Of a stretch of 32,142 nt of DNA, positions 17,642 to 26,661 are shown piece after piece. A program made the position numbers and the translations under genes. The stretch lies in NCBI GenBank assembly GCA_002498205.1, contig DAGQ01000056.1:1-32142 (forward strand), given 5' to 3'. Under the pieces are notes generated by a model. It saw only the letters and a program-made list of their open reading frames with translations. It was not told the DNA's origin and did no database searches. Origin of the DNA: Euryarchaeota archaeon UBA596. Lineage in GTDB: Archaea > Thermoplasmatota > Poseidoniia > Poseidoniales > Poseidoniaceae. Each line of letters starts with the position of its first letter. Positions within the stretch are counted from its first letter, which is position 1.

Positions 17642-18574
17642 ATGGAACCAATAGAAGCTTATATTCCAGCGGATGTTCCAGAAGAGTTAGTTGATGATTT
17701 TTTACAAAATTTAATGGCTGCTACAAGCGGAACAGGTAGAATGAATTTATTTGCATGTGACCAAAAAATTGAACATTTAAATGATGATTTTTATGACGGT
17801 GGGAAAAAAATACCTTTGACTTCAAATGATCCAAAACATTTGTTTGAAATAGGTTCTAGAGCACATAAAGAAGGAACAATCGGTGTGTTGGCAGGGCAAT
17901 ATGGACTCATTTCACGTTATGCTAAAGATTATCCTGATATTCCTTATTTGGTAAAGATGAATAGCAAATCACATCTTGTAAAAACAGCACAAAGAGAACC
18001 AATTAGTATGTCTATGTGTAATATGGATGATATCAATAATTTGAGATTGAATGGGGTAAATGTTGTAGGGATTGGATATACGATTTATCTTGGTAGTGAA
18101 CATGAACCTGAGATGTTGACAGAAGCGGCAATGTTGATTTCAGAAGCTCATCAACATGGTTTAATTGCTGTTACTTGGATTTATCCTAGAGGCTCTGCAG
18201 TGCCCGATGAATTTGATCCACAATTAATCTCAGGAGCTTCAGGATTAGCATGTTGTATTGGTGCAGATTTTACTAAAGTCAATTATCCCAAAGAACCTTT
18301 TGAGGGTATGACAATTCCAGAAAGTTTGGGAATTGCTGTAGAATCAGCGGGTAGGACTGGTCTGATATGTTCAGGCGGTGGAAGTTTACCTCCAGAACAA
18401 TTCTTGCATCGTCTTTGGGAACAAGTCAATATTTCTGGTGCTAGAGGTGCAGCAACTGGAAGGAACATTCATCAAAAACCGATAGAAGATGCTGTAAAAA
18501 TGTGTGCAGCGTGTCATGCAATAATTTGCAATGGTGCAACAGTTGAAGAAGCATTACAAATTTACAATAGTTAA
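17642..18574 (+). CDS. Class Ia (DhnA/FbaB, archaeal-type) fructose-bisphosphate aldolase family; ADH synthase is an alternative
   Basis: LFACDQKIEH, LVKMNSKS, GYTIYLGSE, GADFTKVNYP (Schiff-base Lys context) and GRNIHQ. Confidence 0.8.
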   Translation: MEPIEAYIPADVPEELVDDFLQNLMAATSGTGRMNLFACDQKIEHLNDDFYDGGKKIPLTSNDPKHLFEIGSRAHKEGTIGVLAGQYGLISRYAKDYPDIPYLVKMNSKSHLVKTAQREPISMSMCNMDDINNLRLNGVNVVGIGYTIYLGSEHEPEMLTEAAMLISEAHQHGLIAVTWIYPRGSAVPDEFDPQLISGASGLACCIGADFTKVNYPKEPFEGMTIPESLGIAVESAGRTGLICSGGGSLPPEQFLHRLWEQVNISGARGAATGRNIHQKPIEDAVKMCAACHAIICNGATVEEALQIYNS

Positions 18575-18587
18575 ATTAAATTATTAA

Positions 18588-18594
18588 AGGTGGA
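18588..18594 (+). promoter_or_regulatory. Shine-Dalgarno site serving a TTG start
   Basis: AGGTGGA lies 6 nt before TTG at 18601. Confidence 0.6.
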
Positions 18595-18600
18595 AATTTC

Positions 18601-19599
18601 TTGAGTGTTCTAAATGTAACATTCCTTGGTTCTGATGATCTAGCCAAAGAAATAGGTAAACCCTCAGATTCAAGAGATGTAGAGTCATATGTGTACAAAG
18701 AAACAAATGATTCAGGAGTTAAGATATTATCATTAGTTCGACCTGTTACTTATCCTGAGAGATTAAAGCCTTTAACCTCCTCATTAACTCTCGGTGATTT
18801 TGTTGTTTTAGAGGTTAATGCTATTGATGCAAGATTAGGGGAATTGTTAGTTGCTTGTAGTTGTTCAGGAATTTCTGATGGGGTTATAATCCCTAGGCCA
18901 AATCAAGATCAGTGGATTGACGAAGAACAATTAGAACAATTAGTAAATCAAGTGGGATTAAGTCATTGGGCCATTAAAAAGTTAGATTCTCTCTCTTTAA
19001 GGGAAATGATGCTAGAATATTTATCAAAAAAAGAACAGGAATTGAATAATCGGTTAAATGATCCTTTAGTAATAGCAGTTGATCAGTTCTTTAATGTTAA
19101 AGGAGTAGGATTAGTAGTTATTGGTGGAGTTAGGACCGGATTTGTAAATAAACATGACAGTTTAGAAATATTACCCTCTAAAGGTAATGGAATTGTAAGG
19201 TCATTACAGGTTATGGATGATGATGTTGAACAAGCTAAAGCAGGAGATAAGGTTGGTTTGGCATTAAGAAATGCAGATGAAAATTCATTATCACAAGGGT
19301 CATTAATTGTTCATGGTGATGTTGAAAATTCTGTAGAAGTTCACAATAAAACAGAATTAGAATTCGTATCTGCAGCATTTGCAAGATATTCTCCTGCAGT
19401 TGGAGGGATAATTCATGTTGCTATAGATTTACAATTTGTTGTTGGAAGAATAGAGGTTGTAGAAGATAAAAAAATAGTTGTTAATTGGGAATCTCCTTTG
19501 ATGATTAGAAAGCATGGTTCACCACATTTATTAATTTGCCAATTAGATGCAAAACCGCGTATTATTGGGTACTCAAACCAATATAAAAAAATAGATTGA
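18601..19599 (+). CDS. EF-Tu/EF-1A-like protein with a degenerate (probably GTPase-dead) G domain
   Basis: Typical EF-Tu domain-2 beta-barrel (GVGLVVIGGVRTGFVNKHDSLEILP...AKAGDKVGLALR). At the P-loop position it reads GSDDLAKE instead of GHVDHGKS/T, and there is no DxxG. Confidence 0.7.
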   Translation: MSVLNVTFLGSDDLAKEIGKPSDSRDVESYVYKETNDSGVKILSLVRPVTYPERLKPLTSSLTLGDFVVLEVNAIDARLGELLVACSCSGISDGVIIPRPNQDQWIDEEQLEQLVNQVGLSHWAIKKLDSLSLREMMLEYLSKKEQELNNRLNDPLVIAVDQFFNVKGVGLVVIGGVRTGFVNKHDSLEILPSKGNGIVRSLQVMDDDVEQAKAGDKVGLALRNADENSLSQGSLIVHGDVENSVEVHNKTELEFVSAAFARYSPAVGGIIHVAIDLQFVVGRIEVVEDKKIVVNWESPLMIRKHGSPHLLICQLDAKPRIIGYSNQYKKID

Positions 19600-19688
19600 C
19601 GGCAAATGAAAAAACCTGTTTAGTGAGCAGTTTATTGTTTAAAATTGCATTAAACTTCATAACCTAAGAGTTTCCCTGACATTCTAGG

Positions 19689-21377
19689 ATGTACTCGACT
19701 GAGCCAGAAAAGGCTCGGCCAGATGGAGTGGAGGGAGAAGTTCTCTCGACATTCAAGTTGGCCGGTTCTCGTGGTAATTTACGTACGGTTTTAACGCAAG
19801 ATCATGTTACATTAGAATTAAAAAGTGGAAGTTTTTTGAGATTAGGATATAACAAAATTGATGCTATGAGACATCATCAATTCCATATTATACCACATTG
19901 GTGTGCATTAGTGAGTGGTTTATTCATTTATGCTTCATTAAGAGTATTAACTGGACAAATGCAAATTTGGTCAGGTATTTTTGGTGCTGCCGTAATAATT
20001 TCATGGCTTGGTTTCCGTAAATCAGCATTAACAATAGATTGCGGCGATACTGGAACATACACTTTATTTGGTTCAGTTAGTGAATTAATTAAATTCAGAC
20101 TTTTAGCTGAAAGAATCAAGGATGGATTATCCCTTGATAAGGCCAGAGAAGGATTAGATGAGGTTATACTTTCAGAATACCCATCTACAAGTATTTTTGA
20201 TGAATTGGTTGAGAGTATTGAAGTTGAACCTGATAGAAGTGATGATGCATTAACAATGGCTATGGCAGATCTGATAAATAAATCAAAAGATGATGAAGAA
20301 AAAGTAGATTCAGAAATTATTGAAAATATTAATGTAGATATTATTCCAGAATCAAGACACCCTCTTCATCATGGTTCTATTTCTAGAGCTAGACAAGTTC
20401 GTTCAGAACTTCGTTCACCTCCAGTTCATTCTGGATGGACAAATGTAGCTAATCGAACAGAAGTACTTAGAAATGAACATGAAATAAATACACCACAATT
20501 TAATAATCAAATTTCTCAGGATGAAAATACTATCTTTCCATCTACAAACTCCGATGAATCATTCAACTTATTTGGATTTGATTTAGATGAATCAGAACCT
20601 AAAGAAGAATCATTTAATATGTTTGGCGACTCTTTTGGTTCAACTTCAGATTCGTATGATGATTATGAAAAAACAGATCAAAATAAATCCTCTTTTTCAA
20701 TGATGCCAGATTCATTTGTATCTCAAAATAATCAACATAGTTACGAAAGAGCTGCCATTTCTGAAAAACCATTTATTAATAGCTTTCAAAATACGGGTTT
20801 TTCAAACCCATTAAATCAATTAGGTTCAACTATCAATCAATTTGAATCAAAAATAAGTATTGAAGAACCTGAAACTAATAAATTACCTGGAATAGTATCT
20901 CAAGCCAAAGGAGCGGAAGAAGAAATTGAGATTTCTCATGAACTTTCAAAGAAAACAGAAGGTCTGAAAAGAATTAAATTTGGGGAAGGAAAAAAGAAGT
21001 TAAAGAGATTAAAGGCAAATAATAATCAAACAAAAAGATTGACATTATCAAGTATTTTTAAACCTAAGATTAAGACACCAAACTTTTTTAGAAGAATGTT
21101 GAAACAAAAAAGACCTGTTAATGACTCAAAATTTTCAGTTCCAAATAGAACTATGGACGCATTAAAAATTCAGGCACATCAAACACATGAAGCACAATTA
21201 GCAGATGCATTAAGAAGAATGAATACAAAAGATGATAATTCTACAGATAATCTTCTTGAAGATATTTCTCCTGATTTGGTTCCTCAAAAAGTACCAATCT
21301 CATTTAATGAATTAAAACCATCAAATCAAGAGAACTCAGATGTACTTTCTTCAACAGGAATTGTTAGATTAGATTAA
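19689..21377 (+). CDS. Hypothetical membrane protein: N-terminal two-helix hairpin plus a long low-complexity Ser/Asn/Glu-rich tail
   Basis: Hydrophobic WCALVSGLFIYASLRVL and IWSGIFGAAVIISWLGF. Repeated ESFN(L/M)FG motif. Basic KKKLKRLK patch. Confidence 0.65.
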   Translation: MYSTEPEKARPDGVEGEVLSTFKLAGSRGNLRTVLTQDHVTLELKSGSFLRLGYNKIDAMRHHQFHIIPHWCALVSGLFIYASLRVLTGQMQIWSGIFGAAVIISWLGFRKSALTIDCGDTGTYTLFGSVSELIKFRLLAERIKDGLSLDKAREGLDEVILSEYPSTSIFDELVESIEVEPDRSDDALTMAMADLINKSKDDEEKVDSEIIENINVDIIPESRHPLHHGSISRARQVRSELRSPPVHSGWTNVANRTEVLRNEHEINTPQFNNQISQDENTIFPSTNSDESFNLFGFDLDESEPKEESFNMFGDSFGSTSDSYDDYEKTDQNKSSFSMMPDSFVSQNNQHSYERAAISEKPFINSFQNTGFSNPLNQLGSTINQFESKISIEEPETNKLPGIVSQAKGAEEEIEISHELSKKTEGLKRIKFGEGKKKLKRLKANNNQTKRLTLSSIFKPKIKTPNFFRRMLKQKRPVNDSKFSVPNRTMDALKIQAHQTHEAQLADALRRMNTKDDNSTDNLLEDISPDLVPQKVPISFNELKPSNQENSDVLSSTGIVRLD

Positions 21378-22328
21378 TTCTAAATATTCGTTAAATCTTT
21401 TTTTATATTCTTCATCATTTAGTGAATTTATTCTGTTTACACCCATTTCTTCAATAGTAAAAGATGCAGTAACATTAGCATGAATTAGAGACTTATATAA
21501 TTCATTTTTTGTAGGGAATTTCTCAGAAGAATTAGAAAGATGTGCTAATAATGCACCTGCAAAAGAATCTCCACATCCAGTCGGATCAATTAATTTTGAA
21601 GTAGGGTATGCAGGCAATTCAATGATGCTATCTTCAAATAATGCTAATACTCCCTCACCACCTTTTTTTATTACTAAAATATCTGGTCCTTTTCCAGAAT
21701 CTTTCCCCCCGACTAGTGCTTCACCACTACGAATTAAATTTCCGGCTTGGACTAAATTTTCTGATTTAGCTAACATCATTACTTCATCGGAATTTAAAAT
21801 TGCCATTTTAACTCTACGTAGAATATTAGACAATTCTTTAGGGGTGTTATTTATCCATAAATTCATTGAATCAACAGCAGCGAATTTTTTTGGTACACTT
21901 TGATCTAAGACACTTGATTGAATTAAGGGATGCATATTGGCACAAAATGTAATTTCAGGAGACTTCAAACTATCGGGAACAATGGGGGAAAATGTTTCAA
22001 ATACATTTAATTCTGTAGAATGTGTTATTGCCTGACTCATATCTCCAGAGTAACTTCCAGACCAACGAAATGTAAGACCTTCTTCTTTTTTAATTCCAGA
22101 AATATCTAAGCCTTTTTTTTCTAAGTTCTTTAAGTCTGAGTCTAAAAAATCATTTCCAATCACACCAACTAATCCGATTTCTTTTCTAGACTGATTGTAC
22201 ATTCGTTGCATATGCCCAGCCGCAGAAATTCCCGCATAAACTGCAGAACCACCTAGAGTATTCTCAACTTTGTTGATTTCAGTACTTATTGAGTCATAAG
22301 CGAGACTTCCAACGATTAATAATTTCAA
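21369..22328 (-). CDS. PfkB-family carbohydrate/nucleoside kinase
   Basis: N-terminal LIVGSLAYDSI...LGGSAVY and the C-terminal DPTGCGDSFAGALL PfkB signature. Confidence 0.85.
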   Translation of the reverse strand: MKLLIVGSLAYDSISTEINKVENTLGGSAVYAGISAAGHMQRMYNQSRKEIGLVGVIGNDFLDSDLKNLEKKGLDISGIKKEEGLTFRWSGSYSGDMSQAITHSTELNVFETFSPIVPDSLKSPEITFCANMHPLIQSSVLDQSVPKKFAAVDSMNLWINNTPKELSNILRRVKMAILNSDEVMMLAKSENLVQAGNLIRSGEALVGGKDSGKGPDILVIKKGGEGVLALFEDSIIELPAYPTSKLIDPTGCGDSFAGALLAHLSNSSEKFPTKNELYKSLIHANVTASFTIEEMGVNRINSLNDEEYKKRFNEYLELI

Positions 22329-22332
22329 TTTA

Positions 22333-23673
22333 TCACCTTAATAATTCTTGATGATCATCGATGTAATGTATTGTAATCTCTCTAGAATTGAAATCATTTT
22401 CATCTAGAATTCTTAGGTGTAGAGGAATCAATGTATCTACGCCTTCTAAACGAGTTTCATTTAATGCTGAACGCATACGTCTAATTGCTTCATCTCTTGT
22501 TTTACCCCATACAATAATCTTAGCTAATAGTGAATCAAAGCATCTTGGCATATCATAACCAATATGTGCATGTGAATCAACCCTAATTCCATAACCACTT
22601 GGGAAATGACAATCCCAAAGTCTTCCAGGTGATGGTACAAAATTTGCGGAATTTTCTGCATTAATTCTACATTGTATGGAATGGCCATTAAGTTTCACAT
22701 CTTCTTGAGTTATCGGCAAAGATTCTCCTTGAGCTACTCGAATTCCTAATTCTACAAGGTTATATCCTGAAATCATTTCAGTAATTGTGTGTTCGACTTG
22801 AACTCTCGGGTTAACTTCCAAAAAGTAAAATTCTCCAAATTTGTCTCTAAGGAATTCAAAAGTTGCTAAACCTTTGTATCCTACAGCTTCTGCACCTTTA
22901 CACACTAAATTTCCAATTCTTTCACGTTCATCTTCAGATAACCATGGGCCTTCTTCAATAATTTTTTGATGTCGTCTTTGTATTGAACAAAATCGTTCAC
23001 CAAAGTGAATTGCATTTTTACCGTCAGCTAAAACTTGAAATTCTATGTGTTGTGCACCCTCGATGAACTTTTCTACAAATACTCTATTATCTCCAAAAGC
23101 AGATTGAGCCCTACTTTGACATAGGTTTAGCGCACTTTCAAAATCACTTTTTTGATTAACTACTTGCATTCCGATTCCTCCCCCTCCTGCGGCGGCTTTA
23201 ATGATTACAGGATAACCAATCTTTTCAGCTAGTTCGGCTGCTTCATCGGCATTATTTATTGGTTCATCACTTCCTTCTGCTACAGGTAATCCTGCTTCTT
23301 TCATTGCAGCTCTAGCCCTAATCTTATCACCTAATAGAGATATTACTTCAGAATTTGGCCCTATGAAAGTAATATTTTCTTGTTCTAATCTCGAAACAAA
23401 CCATGAATTCTCAGCTAAAAAACCATATCCAGGGTGAACTGCATCGACTTCCAAACTTTTTGCAGCATTTATTACTGCATCTATTTCCAAATAACTAGAT
23501 AATGGCTCTTTACGATATATTGGAACAGCGTAGTCAGATAATTGTACTGGAAGACTCGTCCTATCTTCTCTTCCATGAATTATTGCTGCTTCAATACCTA
23601 GTTCTCTACAAGTTCTAAGTATCCTTAGAGCAATTTCACCGCGGTTCGCAATGAGTATTCGTTTGAATCCCAT
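22333..23673 (-). CDS. accC: Biotin carboxylase (AccC / pyruvate carboxylase subunit A type)
   Basis: KRILIANRGEIALRILRTCRELGI, the ATP-grasp GGGGIGMQVV, and NPRVQVEHTITE. Confidence 0.9.
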   Translation of the reverse strand: MGFKRILIANRGEIALRILRTCRELGIEAAIIHGREDRTSLPVQLSDYAVPIYRKEPLSSYLEIDAVINAAKSLEVDAVHPGYGFLAENSWFVSRLEQENITFIGPNSEVISLLGDKIRARAAMKEAGLPVAEGSDEPINNADEAAELAEKIGYPVIIKAAAGGGGIGMQVVNQKSDFESALNLCQSRAQSAFGDNRVFVEKFIEGAQHIEFQVLADGKNAIHFGERFCSIQRRHQKIIEEGPWLSEDERERIGNLVCKGAEAVGYKGLATFEFLRDKFGEFYFLEVNPRVQVEHTITEMISGYNLVELGIRVAQGESLPITQEDVKLNGHSIQCRINAENSANFVPSPGRLWDCHFPSGYGIRVDSHAHIGYDMPRCFDSLLAKIIVWGKTRDEAIRRMRSALNETRLEGVDTLIPLHLRILDENDFNSREITIHYIDDHQELLR

Positions 23674-23705
23674 ATTAAGCTCAGATAATAGGCCGCCTAT
23701 GAGTT

Positions 23706-25544
23706 TTAGTAAACATCTCTTAGGTAACGCTTTTCATCTTTCATCAAAGTTTGGCTTACAAATTCAGTTGCTTTTTCTAATCCCATTCCGCCTTGTTCAG
23801 AACAAATTTTAATTAATGCAGCATGTACATCCTTTGCCATATAATTTTTATCACCGCATACATAGAAATATGCACCACCGTCAATCCATTCCCAAATCTC
23901 CTCAGCGTGTTCAAGCATTCTATTTTGTACGTAAATCTTTTCAGCTTGATCTCTAGACCATGCCGTGGTGAATTTGAATAGAGTTCCATCATCTAACCAA
24001 GATTCAATTTGTTCCTTGTAGTAGTATTCAGTAGCTTCGTGTTGATCACCAAAAAATAACCAGTTTTTCCCTGAAGATTTATCAAATTCTCTTTGTTCAA
24101 TAAATGCTCTAAATGGTGCAATTCCAGTTCCTGGACCGACCATGATAATATTCGTATCTCCATCTTCAGGAAGTAAAAATGATTTTGTTGCAGACATATA
24201 TACTCCAAATTGAGTCTCTCCAACATCAACATCATCTGCTAGATATCCAGTACAAAGGCCTGCACGATCACGATTATGATGATTATATCTTACAATTGCA
24301 ATGGTTAATTGAACTTCACCCGGATGAGCATCAGGAGATGAAGCAATAGAATATAATCGTCCTTTTAATTTATCCAAATATGATAAGAATTTTTCTGGCC
24401 TGTCAAATTTTAAGGATGGGAATTGTTCCATAGTATCAACATAATCTCTTGACCATATATAATCTTCAATGGAGTCATTATCTTTAGAGATTTCTTCTGC
24501 TTTAGCCGAAGGGTTATTTGTACTTTGGATAGGGTAATTTATTGGTAAAGGCTTTGTTTTATTTTCAAATTCCCAAGAAAAATTCATACCACTTCTCAAA
24601 TTTTCTCTCTCACTTTTAATTAATTGAATTTCTATCGATGTCTCAGAATTACTTGAAAGTAGTTCTGGTAAAGCTTTAACAAATTTTTTGTTTAATCTGT
24701 GAATTTCATAATCTTTCTTTAAAGCATCATAAAGTGTTACAGTTCCAGAATGAGATTCAACTTCTTGATCAGCATTAAATCCTAATAAGTCAATCAATGT
24801 ATTTACTGTATCCTCTGGATTTTCAGGGATGATTCCTATTGCATCTCCAGCTCTATATGTTAATCCACTATCTCCAAGAAGTATACTTACATGACGTGTT
24901 TCTTTTGTTGCCCCAGGGCCATTTAAAATATCTTTTTCACTTATTGTAGTCATATATGGATTTTTCATACTCCATTTGGTATCCTTTTCTTTTGTTTTAA
25001 CTTCCTTTGATTTTTCAGGCTTAATTTTATTTTCTGGAATAGTTGTTTCAATTTTTACAGAAACTTCTTCTACGGCTTCTGGAGTCACCTTTCCAACTAC
25101 TGCAGATATTGCAGGGAGTGCTCCGTTTGCCCACTCAGCATAAGGCTCATCAAAATCAACATCACAATCTTGTCTTGGGAATACTCTTTTTGCACCCAAC
25201 TCTTCCAATCGATTATCCCAATCTTTTCCAGATTGACAGTAGAATTCATAACTAGTGTCTCCTAATGCGCAAATAGAAAAATGAGTATTTTCCATTTTAG
25301 GGGCATCTCCTGCACTAATTGAATCCCATAAATCTTCAGCTGAATCAGGCATTTCTCCTTCACCCCATGTACTACAAATGATTAGAATTCTTTCTGATTG
25401 AGCCATTTGTTCTACACTTGTCTCTTCCATATCTTGAACCGTAGGAACAAGATTATGTGATTCTGCGGATTTGGCTAATTGTGATGCTAAATCTTCTGAA
25501 TTACCGGACTGTGTTCCGAATAAAATTAATACTTCTTTTGACAT
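23706..25544 (-). CDS. Diflavin reductase (CysJ / cytochrome-P450-reductase-like): flavodoxin domain plus FAD/NADPH domain
   Basis: ILFGTQSGNSEDLA (FMN), RLYSIASSP (FAD), MVGPGTGIAPFRAF (NADPH) and C-terminal YLRDVY. ATG 25544 has an AGAGGTAG SD; I reject the ORF-track start at 25601. Confidence 0.85.
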   Translation of the reverse strand: MSKEVLILFGTQSGNSEDLASQLAKSAESHNLVPTVQDMEETSVEQMAQSERILIICSTWGEGEMPDSAEDLWDSISAGDAPKMENTHFSICALGDTSYEFYCQSGKDWDNRLEELGAKRVFPRQDCDVDFDEPYAEWANGALPAISAVVGKVTPEAVEEVSVKIETTIPENKIKPEKSKEVKTKEKDTKWSMKNPYMTTISEKDILNGPGATKETRHVSILLGDSGLTYRAGDAIGIIPENPEDTVNTLIDLLGFNADQEVESHSGTVTLYDALKKDYEIHRLNKKFVKALPELLSSNSETSIEIQLIKSERENLRSGMNFSWEFENKTKPLPINYPIQSTNNPSAKAEEISKDNDSIEDYIWSRDYVDTMEQFPSLKFDRPEKFLSYLDKLKGRLYSIASSPDAHPGEVQLTIAIVRYNHHNRDRAGLCTGYLADDVDVGETQFGVYMSATKSFLLPEDGDTNIIMVGPGTGIAPFRAFIEQREFDKSSGKNWLFFGDQHEATEYYYKEQIESWLDDGTLFKFTTAWSRDQAEKIYVQNRMLEHAEEIWEWIDGGAYFYVCGDKNYMAKDVHAALIKICSEQGGMGLEKATEFVSQTLMKDEKRYLRDVY

Positions 25545-25704
25545 AAGACTACCTCTGTCACTCTGGACAATCTGTTCCAACATAACGTGATTCTTGAACA
25601 TAACGCTGCCACGATTTTAACTCCCGTCTCCTAAATGAGAAATAATGAGGTTATTTTTCAATTATTTCCGTCAAACCAATATGTGATTGCTGACTGTCAG
25701 GGGC

Positions 25705-26502
25705 ATGGTCAGGTTTGAATTTCTCGGAACAGGGAATGCTTTTCTTCCTCAAGGCCGTTATCATTCATTGTTATTGATTGAAGAACAAATTTTAGTGGAT
25801 ACTCCTCCTACTGTGCTCGCAAGTTTACGTCGTAGAGAATTAACTCCCAGTCAAATAAATACTGTGATGATTACTCATTGGCACGGAGATCATATTTTTG
25901 GATTTCCATTCTTAATCTTGGATCAAAAATATATTTCAGATAGAGGATCTAATTTAATTTTAAATATTCATTGTCCTTCAAATGGTAGGGAAAAATTAAG
26001 TAATTTATGTGAAATTGCTTATCCTGGTTCTTTAACAGATAGGATGAAGAATAATGTGATAATTAACGAGGATCTATCAGGAGACATGTTGGGTGTTGAT
26101 GGTTGGGTTTTTGAGAGATTCGAGGTGGTTCACGATGACTTTGTTGATCCACATGGTTATGTTTTTACTCATAAGAGTGGATTTAAGATTATGCATACGG
26201 GAGATTCTGGACCTTGCGAATCTATTGAATCAAGGGTAGGTTCTTGTGATGTAGTTGTAATCGAATTAGGAGTTCCAGATAATGTTGTAGTACCAACTCA
26301 TTTTAGGCCAGAAACATTATCCGAGTTAGCAAATAAATTCCCTAAAACAATGTTTTTAGCTACGCATCATTATGCAGATGATATTAATAGTGGCAAAAAA
26401 CCCTATCTATCTAACGATTTACCAAATTTGCCAGATAATGTTTTACAGGTTAGAGATGAACAAAAATTCGAATGGAAAGATACTAAATTAAAAATTTTAT
26501 AA
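25705..26502 (+). CDS. Metallo-beta-lactamase-fold hydrolase
   Basis: ITHWHGDH (HxHxDH) motif, plus later HTGDS and TH. I prefer ATG 25705 to the ORF-track TTG at 25687. Confidence 0.8.
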   Translation: MVRFEFLGTGNAFLPQGRYHSLLLIEEQILVDTPPTVLASLRRRELTPSQINTVMITHWHGDHIFGFPFLILDQKYISDRGSNLILNIHCPSNGREKLSNLCEIAYPGSLTDRMKNNVIINEDLSGDMLGVDGWVFERFEVVHDDFVDPHGYVFTHKSGFKIMHTGDSGPCESIESRVGSCDVVVIELGVPDNVVVPTHFRPETLSELANKFPKTMFLATHHYADDINSGKKPYLSNDLPNLPDNVLQVRDEQKFEWKDTKLKIL

Positions 26503-26630
26503 TGTTATTTTTTCACTAATATTGGATAACCTTTTAATATTGAGATAATTTTTATTTAAACCTATTTACTTAGACATTTCAGACTTCAAATTTTTATCAT
26601 CGGTTAGGCTTATTACATGGCCTCGGTGTA

Positions 26631-26661
26631 GGCTCTGCCAGCACGCACCTGTGTTGGAGCC
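26631..26661 (+). other. GC-rich imperfect dyad (11 bp with a 3-nt bulge) overlapping the annotated cdc6 start
   Basis: GGCT-ctg-CCAGCAC-gcacct-GTGTTGG-AGCC. By my count 26619-26662 has 30 G+C of 44 nt, within AT-rich intergenic DNA. A G6 run lies at 26684-26689. Confidence 0.45.

Noticed and set aside
26503-26650. Replication origin call upstream of cdc6
   Set aside because: I could not find the repeated or inverted ORB or mini-ORB copies that define archaeal origins. There is only one GC-rich dyad, plus an AT-rich 8-mer (TAATATTG) repeated twice, which is unremarkable in AT-rich DNA.
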